A DNA stretch of 28,618 nucleotides from Gemmatimonadaceae bacterium (GTDB lineage: Bacteria; Gemmatimonadota; Gemmatimonadetes; Gemmatimonadales; Gemmatimonadaceae), in contig JBBDYA010000068.1 of NCBI GenBank assembly GCA_040902005.1, positions 1 through 28,618 of the forward strand, in the 5' to 3' direction. Of the stretch, positions 1-8,587 are shown one piece after another (position 1 is the first letter of the stretch; the number at the start of each line of letters is the position of its first letter). The position numbers were made by a program, and so were the translations under genes. The notes under the pieces are model-generated. The model had not been told where the DNA came from. It did no database searches and worked only from the letters and a program-made list of their open reading frames with translations.

Positions 1-84
1 CCGCCGTCATGTCCGCCGTCATGTCCGCCGTCATGTCCGCCGTTATGTCCGCCGTTATGTCCGCCGTCACGTCCGCCGTCACGT
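1..84. repeat. 12-bp tandem repeat, 7 units visible (CCGCCGTYAYGT), truncated by the window edge
   Basis: Units: 3x ccgccgtcatgt, 2x ccgccgttatgt, 2x ccgccgtcacgt. Confidence 0.95.
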
Positions 85-92
85 CCCCCCTT

Positions 93-108
93 TGTGATCT
101 CTGTCACT
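93..108. promoter_or_regulatory. Candidate CRP/FNR-family binding site
   Basis: TGTGA-tctctg-TCACT matches TGTGA-N6-TCACA at 9 of 10 positions; lies in an AT-richer intergenic patch. Confidence 0.45.
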
Positions 109-234
109 CTCAAAACCACTACCTGTGTGGATCGTCCACTTCGCATAGCGGGTATGCATTAGAGTCAGGCATGACCTCTGCAACGCAGCAGATGGTGCTT
201 CGCTGACACTGGCACAGGACCGCCGGAGGTCAAC

Positions 235-501
235 ATGGACCGTCAAGACAATAGCGGCAGAAACTCATCGGGCGCACGGCAGAGTCAGGCCGCTCGGCTC
301 ACGCGCATGCGGCTGATGCACCGCAAGAGCCAGGGACTCGTCGCGGTATACGAGCAGGATCCCGCGGACACCGGAGAGGCGGGCGGGCAGACGCTGGTGT
401 TCGAGACCCCCTCGCGCTGCGTGCGCGTCGCGGGCTATCCGCCCGAGTGGCAGCGCCTGAGCGACGACGAGCTGGTTGCGCTCCAGCGCCGCTCCGGCTG
501 A
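235..501 (+). CDS. Small hypothetical protein (88 aa)
   Basis: Strong SD GGAGGT at 225-230; fills the gap and converges on the nitrilase gene; C-terminal LVFE..R..YPPEWQRLSDDEL motif looks protein-like. Confidence 0.7.
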   Translation: MDRQDNSGRNSSGARQSQAARLTRMRLMHRKSQGLVAVYEQDPADTGEAGGQTLVFETPSRCVRVAGYPPEWQRLSDDELVALQRRSG

Positions 502-512
502 GTGCTCCCGCG

Positions 513-1382
513 CTACAGCTTCGTCAGGTCGGCGTACGTTTCCGGACGCCGATCCCGGAAGAATTGCCACACGTTGCGCACCTCGCGAATCTTGTCCAGG
601 TCCAGCTCCGCCGTGACCAGCTCCGTCTTGTCGCGTGACGCCTGGGCCACGAACTGGCCTCGCGGATCGCAGAAGTAGCTCTGCCCGTAGAACTCGCCGA
701 TGTTCCACGGCGCCTCGCGGCCAACCCGATTGATCGCCCCGACGAAGTAGGCGTTCGCCACGGCGTGTGCCGGCTGCTCCAGCTTCCAGAGATACTCCGA
801 CAGCCCCGCGACCGTCGCCGACGGATTGAACACGATCTCCGCCCCATTCAGCCCCAGGGCGCGCGCGCCTTCGGGAAAGTGCCGATCGTAGCAGATGTAC
901 ACACCGATGTCGGCGTACCTCGTCTTGAACACCGGGTAGCCCAGGTTTCCGGGACGAAAATAGAACTTCTCCCAGAATCCGGGCGCCGTGTGCGGGATGT
1001 GGTTCTTGCGATACTTGCCCAGGAACGTGCCGTCGGCGTCGATGACCGCGGCAGTGTTGTAGTACACGCCCGTCGTCTCCTCCTCGTACAGCGGCACGAC
1101 GATGACCATCGCATGCTTTTTCGCCAACTGCTGCATCAGCTTCGTGGTCGGCCCGTCGGGAATGCGCTCGGTCGCCTCGTACCAGCGCGTGCTCTGCTCG
1201 GCGCAGAAGTACGGACCGGTGAAGATCTCCTGCATGCAGAGGATCTGCACGCCTTCCGTGGCGGCCTGCTCGATCAGGGCGACGTGCTTCGCGACGTTGG
1301 CCTCGCGGATGACGTCGAGCGTCTCGCCGGTGTCGCAGGCGTGCGTGGCTTGTATGAGTCCGGATTTGACGAGTCGGGGCAT
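513..1382 (-). CDS. Beta-ureidopropionase (N-carbamoyl-beta-alanine amidohydrolase), nitrilase/carbon-nitrogen hydrolase family
   Basis: Glu-Lys-Cys triad motifs QEIF, YRKNHIP, ICYDRHFPE; WEKFYF; last gene of the pyrimidine operon. Confidence 0.85.
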   Translation of the reverse strand: MPRLVKSGLIQATHACDTGETLDVIREANVAKHVALIEQAATEGVQILCMQEIFTGPYFCAEQSTRWYEATERIPDGPTTKLMQQLAKKHAMVIVVPLYEEETTGVYYNTAAVIDADGTFLGKYRKNHIPHTAPGFWEKFYFRPGNLGYPVFKTRYADIGVYICYDRHFPEGARALGLNGAEIVFNPSATVAGLSEYLWKLEQPAHAVANAYFVGAINRVGREAPWNIGEFYGQSYFCDPRGQFVAQASRDKTELVTAELDLDKIREVRNVWQFFRDRRPETYADLTKL

Positions 1383-1398
1383 GTGAATCCGTGATGGG

Positions 1399-2891
<1,493 letters not shown>

Positions 2892-2895
<4 letters not shown>

Positions 2896-4292
2896 TGGTC
2901 GGCGGCCCGTTCGGCGCTCGCTGTGCGCGCGAGCCAGCGTCCGCGCCCTTCCGTGCCCACCACCGCGTAGTCGTCCACGATGACCTCGCCGCGCGAGATC
3001 GTGGTGCGCGCGAACCCGGCCAGCTCCCATCCGTCGTAGGGGGACCAGTCGGCGTTCGTCTCCATGGTGGACGGGGACACGGTGATCGTCTTCGTGGGAT
3101 GAATGATGGAGAGATCGGCGTCGGCGCCCACCTGGATCGCGCCCTTGCGGGGATACAATCCCATGATCTTCGCGGGATTGGTGCTGAGCTTCATGCACAT
3201 CTCCTCGAGCGTGACGCGCCCCGCAAGCACGCCGGACGTATAGGTGAGCGGCATGAGGGTCTCGAGTCCCGGCATGCCCATCGGGATCTTCGTCCAGTCC
3301 CCCGCCCACATCGCCTTCTGTTCGCGCGTGAAGGTGCAGGTGTCCGTCGAGATCACGGACACTTCGCCGTGGCGCAGGCCTTCCCACAGGCGGCTGACGT
3401 CCTTCGGCTTTTTCAGTTGCGGACAGCACGCGAACAGGTGACCGTCCTCGCGCTCGAAGACGGAGTCGTCGAGCACCAGGTACTGGACGCACGTTTCCGC
3501 AATCACGGGCACCCCGCGCGCCTGCGCCGCGCGGATGATGTCGGCGCCCTCGCCGGTGGACATGTGCACGATGTAGAGCCGGCCCCCCGTCGCCTCCGAC
3601 CATTGCACCGCGCGCTGGATCGCCTCGGCCTCCACGAAGTTCGGGCGCGTCATGGGATGGAGGCGGGCGCCGTACTGTTTCATCAGCTCCGGCGTGTGGT
3701 GCCGGCGGATCAGTTCGTCCAGCACGCGCGCGGACTCGGCGTGCACCAGCAGGGTCGTGCCGTAGCGCTTCATCTGCTCCAGGGTGCCGTATAGCGCCCG
3801 GTCGTCGGACTGCCACCCTTCGGATTCATAGATCATGAACTCCTTGAAGGTGGTGAACCCGCGATCCACCATCCCGCCGATCTGGTCCTTCTGCTGATCG
3901 TAGTTGGTGATGCAGATGTGAAAGGTGTAGTCGATGAGCGACTTCCCTTCCGCCTTCTTCATCCAGAGGTCGGCGGCGTCCTGAAGCGTGCCGCCCGCTG
4001 GAGGAATCGCGAAGTCGATGACCGTGGTCACGCCGCCGCGCGCGCCGGCGCGCGTTCCGGTGCGATAGTCGTCGGCGGACACTGTGCCGCAGAACGGCAG
4101 CTCGAGATGCACGTGCACGTCCAGCACGCCCGGGATCACGTGATGCCCGCTCGCGTCGGTGACCGCCGCGCCCTTCGTGCCCAGCTCCAGGCCGAGCGCG
4201 ACGATCTTCTCGTCGGCGATGCCAACGTCGCCGACGAACGAGCCACCGGGGGTGACCACGTTTCCGCCCTTGATGACCCGGTCGAACTTCAT
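2892..4292 (-). CDS. hydA: Dihydropyrimidinase / D-hydantoinase (amidohydrolase superfamily)
   Basis: PGVLDVHVH, GGVTTVIDF, FKEFMIY (carbamylated Lys), HAE, VHMS, STD, NPAKIMGL, GADAD; ATG at 4292 overlaps the upstream stop (ATGA). Confidence 0.88.
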
Positions 4293-5653
4293 CGCCCGGC
4301 CTTCCCGAAGGCCTCGTCCAGCACGTCGAGCGCGAAATCCACGTCGGCGGCCGTGATGCACATCGGGGGCTTGATCCGCAGCACGTTGCCATCGAGACCG
4401 CCCTTGCCGATCAGCAGCCCGGCCTCCCGCGCGGCCTCGAGCACATCCAGCGTTGCGGCCTTCGCCGGTTCCTTGGTGCCCCGATCCTGCACCAGTTCCA
4501 CCCCCAGCATCAGGCCCATGCCGCGCACGTCGCCGATGAGCGAGTGCGAGCGCTGGTGCTTTTCCAGCCCCTTCCTGAGCCGCGCGCCCTGTTTCTTTGC
4601 GTTCTGCTGGATGCCCTCCTCGTCGATCACGTCCAGCGTGGCCAGGCCCGCGGCCATCGAGACCGGGTTCCCGCCAAACGTATTGAAGTGCAACCGCTGC
4701 GACAGCGTCTTCGCGATGTCCATGCGCGTGGTGACCGCGGCCAGGGGCGCGCCGTTGCCGATCCCCTTCGCCATCGTGACGAAGTCAGGAACCACGCCGA
4801 AGTTCTCGAATCCCCAGTAGTGGTCACCGGTGCGCCCGAACCCGGTCTGTACTTCGTCGGCGATGCACAGCCCGCCGTATTCGCGCGCGATGGCGTAGGC
4901 TTCCTTCAGGTAGTTGCGCGCGCCGTGCGTCGCGCCGCCCACGCCCTGAATCGGTTCGCAGATGAACGCGGCGATCCTGCCGGGAGTCGAGTAGCGAGCG
5001 ATCTCCCGGATGTCGGCGGCGCTCCGCGTCGCGATCTCTTCGGGGGTGCCGCTGAACGAGCTCCGGTAGGGATCGGGGTTGATCGCGTGGTGCACGCGGC
5101 CATCGCCCGGCCCGGGATACTTCCAGGTGTGGTGCGACGTGAGTCCCTGCGCGCCGGGACTGCCGCCATGATAGGCGTTGCGCATCGCGACGACGTCGGT
5201 GTGGCCGGTGTACAGGCGCGCCATCGCGACCGCGAGGTCGTTCGCCTCGCTCCCGCTGTTGGTGAAGTACGTGACGTCGAGTCCTGACCCGCGCGGCATC
5301 TTGGACGCGAGCTTCTTCGCGAGCTGCGGGAAGTTGGGATGCAGGTAGATGGTGGTCGAATGCTGCAGCGTGCCCACCTGCTCCTGCACGCGCTTCACGA
5401 CTTTCGGGTGGCAGTGGCCGACGGACACCGTGACGATGCCCGCGAAGAAGTCGAGGTAGCGGCGGCCGGTCTCGTCGTACAGGTACTGCATGTGCCCTTC
5501 GACGATGAGCAACGGCTCGCGATAGAGCGTGAAGATGGCCGGGTTCGTGAACTCCCGCCGCATCGCGATGATGTCGGCTTTCGACGGCCCGGTGTACCGG
5601 CGCGGCACGTGGTCGGTGGCCGGCAGGGAGCGTCTGGTCTCGACGGCGGTCAT
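4289..5653 (-). CDS. Class III PLP aminotransferase, AGXT2/PYD4-like (probable beta-alanine/beta-aminoisobutyrate transaminase)
   Basis: YLDFFAGIVTVSVGHCHP, NSGSEAND, AYHG, EPIQGVGG, DEVQTGFGRTG, AKGIGNG (PLP Lys), HFNTFGGNP; operon context; start set at MTAVETRR. Confidence 0.85.
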   Translation of the reverse strand: MTAVETRRSLPATDHVPRRYTGPSKADIIAMRREFTNPAIFTLYREPLLIVEGHMQYLYDETGRRYLDFFAGIVTVSVGHCHPKVVKRVQEQVGTLQHSTTIYLHPNFPQLAKKLASKMPRGSGLDVTYFTNSGSEANDLAVAMARLYTGHTDVVAMRNAYHGGSPGAQGLTSHHTWKYPGPGDGRVHHAINPDPYRSSFSGTPEEIATRSAADIREIARYSTPGRIAAFICEPIQGVGGATHGARNYLKEAYAIAREYGGLCIADEVQTGFGRTGDHYWGFENFGVVPDFVTMAKGIGNGAPLAAVTTRMDIAKTLSQRLHFNTFGGNPVSMAAGLATLDVIDEEGIQQNAKKQGARLRKGLEKHQRSHSLIGDVRGMGLMLGVELVQDRGTKEPAKAATLDVLEAAREAGLLIGKGGLDGNVLRIKPPMCITAADVDFALDVLDEAFGKAGR

Positions 5654-5697
5654 GGTCAGTGGGCTCCGTTCAGTGGGCTCCGGGGGGGTGGGGGGGT

Positions 5698-6828
5698 CTA
5701 GACGCGCGCGGCTTCTTCGGGCGCCGCGTAGCCCTCGACGAGTTCGTGGCCGCCCTGGTAGCTGCCTCCGTCGGGGCGCCGGATCTGCGACTGCAGCACC
5801 AGTCGGTCGCGGCGCGCGCCGCGGAAGTCGTCGACGGATGTCCAGCCCTTGTCCGCGTGCCGGTCGAGAAAGGCATCGAGCCCCGTATTGAGGCGCTTGA
5901 TGACGTTGGGTCCCACCGCGGAGTCGAGCATCGCGGCCGTGCAGACCTGCACGGTCCCGCAGCCGAGCAGGAAGTAGGACAGCGCCTGGTTGAAGTCCGA
6001 CACGCCGCCGATGCCGGAGAACGACTTGTCCGGGAAGGCCTGACACATGCGCGCCATGTTGGCCAGCGACATCGGCAGGATCGCCGGGCCGCCCATGCCG
6101 CCGGTGGACACCAGGCCGTCCACGTTGATCTCGAACTCGAGCGTCTCCGGGTCGATCACCGGGAGCGAGGGAAAGGTGTTGGACGACACGATGGCGTCGG
6201 CGCCGCCGCGGAAGCACGCGCGCGCCTCGAGCACAATGTCGTGCGTCGCCGGGGTGAGCTTCGTCCAGACGGGAATCTTCGCCGCCTCTTTCACGGCCTC
6301 GGTCACCACCGAGCAGAGCCCCTCATCCTTGCCGATGTTGGAGCCCATGTCCTTCCGGTCCATGTGCGGGCAGGAGAAGTTGCACTCGATGCCGTCCGCG
6401 CCGGCGTCCTGCACCGCCTGCGTCAGCGTCTGCCAGGCGCGCAGCTCCTTGTCGTTCCCCGAGCCGGCCATGATGGACGCGATCACCACGCGCGTGGGGA
6501 AGGCCTCCTTGATCCGCCGGATGCGCGGCACCCACCAGTCGAGCGACTTGTCGGAGATCAGCTCCCAGTTCCACGAGCCGTGCAGCGCGGCACCTGGGCG
6601 CTTCTTCATCGACACGTTGTTGTCCTCCGGGGTGGTGCGGAAGAACTTCGTCTTCGCGCCAACGACGTTCACCACGGGGTGCAGGCCGATCGTCTTCACG
6701 ACCACGCCCCCCCACCCGGCCTCGAACGCGCGCAGGATGTTGTTCTCGCTCTCCGTGGGTGGCGCCGACGACAGGAGAAAGGGGTTGTCGAACCTGATTC
6801 CTGTGAACGTGACGCTGCGGTCTGCCAT
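5698..6828 (-). CDS. preA: Dihydropyrimidine dehydrogenase, PreA/PYD1-like FMN TIM-barrel domain only (no C-terminal 4Fe-4S domain)
   Basis: NPFLLSSAPPT, AFEAGWGGVVVKT, NWELISD, NFSCPH (catalytic Cys), KLTP, SNT, SGIGG, VQVCT; no Cys after VQVCT. Confidence 0.85.
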   Translation of the reverse strand: MADRSVTFTGIRFDNPFLLSSAPPTESENNILRAFEAGWGGVVVKTIGLHPVVNVVGAKTKFFRTTPEDNNVSMKKRPGAALHGSWNWELISDKSLDWWVPRIRRIKEAFPTRVVIASIMAGSGNDKELRAWQTLTQAVQDAGADGIECNFSCPHMDRKDMGSNIGKDEGLCSVVTEAVKEAAKIPVWTKLTPATHDIVLEARACFRGGADAIVSSNTFPSLPVIDPETLEFEINVDGLVSTGGMGGPAILPMSLANMARMCQAFPDKSFSGIGGVSDFNQALSYFLLGCGTVQVCTAAMLDSAVGPNVIKRLNTGLDAFLDRHADKGWTSVDDFRGARRDRLVLQSQIRRPDGGSYQGGHELVEGYAAPEEAARV

Positions 6829-6847
6829 GGTCGTGTCTCCCTGCCCC

Positions 6848-8302
6848 TCAGGACATCCAGTTGACGCCAGCTTCGCGATTCCACTTCGTCGTCATCTTCT
6901 TCGACTGCGTCCAGAACTCGATCGATCCACGGCCCGTGATGTCGCCGACGCCGAACCGGGACTCGTTCCATCCGCCGAAGGAGAAGGGCTCGCGCGGCAC
7001 CGGCACCCCGACGTTGACGCCGACCATGCCCGCGCGCGCCCGCTCCATCACGTGCCGCGCCACCCCGCCGCTCTCGGTGAACACGGACGCCGCGTTCCCG
7101 TACGGCGACGCGTTCTCGATGTCGAGCGCCGCATCCACATCGGGCGCACGGACGATCGCGAGCACCGGCCCGAACACCTCTTCCTGCGCGATGCGCATGT
7201 CCGGCCGCACGTCGTCCAGGATCGTAGGGCCGAGATAGAACCCCGTTTCCCCGCCGGGGACCTTCACGTGACGGCCATCCACGATCACCCGGGCGCCCTG
7301 GGCGACCGCCTCGTCGATGTACCTGAGGATCCGCTCCCGCGCCGCCTGTGAGATGACGGGCCCGATGTCCTTCCCGGGCACCATCGCGCTGGCGACCTCC
7401 TTCATGCGTTCGATGATGTGGTCCGTCTTCGAGACCGCCACCATGACCGACGCCGCCATGCATCGCTGGCCGGCGCATCCCGACATGGACGCGACGATGT
7501 TCGTGGCCGCCATCTCGCGGTCGGCGTCCGGCATGACGATGAGGTGGTTCTTCGCGCCCCCCAGGGCGAGACACCGCTTCAGGTGCGATGTCGCGCGGCG
7601 ATAGACCGCCTTGGCCGTCGCCGTGGAGCCCACGAAGCTCACCGCCGCGATCCCCGGATGGTCGCACACCGCTTCCACCGCGTCCCGTCCGCCATGCACC
7701 ACCTGGAACACCCCGTCCGGGAGCCCCGCCTCCTTCAACAGCTGCGCGATGCGCCCCGCGCTGATCGGCACCAGCTCGGAGGGCTTGAGGATGAGGCAAT
7801 TGCCGAGCGCGATCGCGTTCGGCAGCGACCAGTTCGGCACCATGTTCGGAAAGTTGAAGGGCGTGATGGCGGCGACGACGCCCAGCGGGTAGCGCTCGAT
7901 GCGGCATTCCACACCGCGGCTCACTTCCATCACCTCGCCCGACGCGATCTGCGGCAGCGAGCAGGCGAACTCCGAAAGCTCGGCCGACTTGAGCACCTCG
8001 GCGCGCGCCTCGCTGCCGATCTTCCCATTCTCTTCGGTGATCAACGCGCTGAGTTCGTCGATGTGCCGCTCGAGGAGCGCCTTGTACCTATAGAAGACCT
8101 GGACCCGCTCCTTGATGGGGGTCGCGGACCACTGCGGGAACGCCGCGCGCGCGGAACGAACGGCCACGTCTACCTCTCGTGCCGCGGAAAGCGGCACGCG
8201 CGAGATAACCGCCCCACTGCTCGGATCATGCACGTCAAGCAGGGGCAGATCCGATGCGACGAAACTGCCGCCGACGTAGTTCTGCAGCTCGGCGTATTTC
8301 AT
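6848..8302 (-). CDS. mmsA: CoA-acylating (methyl)malonate-semialdehyde dehydrogenase
   Basis: ITPFNFP, LKPSE, SFVGST, LGGAKNH, GQRCMA (catalytic Cys), EEVFGP, GVNVGVPVP, FSFGGW; start set at MKYAELQN. Confidence 0.9.
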   Translation of the reverse strand: MKYAELQNYVGGSFVASDLPLLDVHDPSSGAVISRVPLSAAREVDVAVRSARAAFPQWSATPIKERVQVFYRYKALLERHIDELSALITEENGKIGSEARAEVLKSAELSEFACSLPQIASGEVMEVSRGVECRIERYPLGVVAAITPFNFPNMVPNWSLPNAIALGNCLILKPSELVPISAGRIAQLLKEAGLPDGVFQVVHGGRDAVEAVCDHPGIAAVSFVGSTATAKAVYRRATSHLKRCLALGGAKNHLIVMPDADREMAATNIVASMSGCAGQRCMAASVMVAVSKTDHIIERMKEVASAMVPGKDIGPVISQAARERILRYIDEAVAQGARVIVDGRHVKVPGGETGFYLGPTILDDVRPDMRIAQEEVFGPVLAIVRAPDVDAALDIENASPYGNAASVFTESGGVARHVMERARAGMVGVNVGVPVPREPFSFGGWNESRFGVGDITGRGSIEFWTQSKKMTTKWNREAGVNWMS

Positions 8303-8324
8303 TGCCAAACATGGGGATAGGCCC

Positions 8325-8351
8325 ACTCTACGGCAAGACGGCGGCTGTCAG
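8325..8351 (-). promoter_or_regulatory. Candidate sigma70-type promoter for the pyrimidine operon
   Basis: CTGACA (8351-8346) then 15 nt then TAGAGT (8330-8325), 22 nt upstream of the mmsA ATG; the spacer is short. Confidence 0.35.
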
Positions 8352-8587
8352 GAGCCAGTCTCCGCTTTGCCGGGATTCCCTCCGGCGGGCGTTCAGGAAT
8401 GCCGCCAGGCCGAGCACGCTTCAGGGTTTTCCCCTACAAGATCGGGGAAACGCCTACGACGCCATCATTCAGAAAACCCTAACGTAGCGCTTGCTCTGAA
8501 CCATCAGCGCCGACCGCGCGCTGGCGGCGTACGCTACGCAGGTTCCGGGGGTCTCGCTGCCCACGGCTGGCCGACGAGGGCCGCACC

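Noticed and set aside
1..84. Possible CRISPR array, or the 9..206 ORF as a real protein
   Set aside because: Units are contiguous 12-mers with no spacers and there are no cas genes; the ORF is just the repeat read in frame
2896..3816. 805-aa ORF suggesting an NCS1 fusion with a long N-terminal domain
   Set aside because: The extension is an Arg/Pro/Gly-rich off-frame read of hydA; the true start fits the GTGA overlap at 2895
5654..6217. 642-aa ORF suggesting an extended aminotransferase or a preA-aminotransferase frameshift fusion
   Set aside because: The extension is an off-frame read of preA; both genes have their own stop/start and an SD-like GGAG
8331..8372. Imperfect hairpin (CGGCAA...TTGCCG) upstream of mmsA as a riboswitch
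   Set aside because: No match to any riboswitch consensus I recognise; GC-rich pairing is expected by chance; it overlaps the candidate promoter rather than the leader
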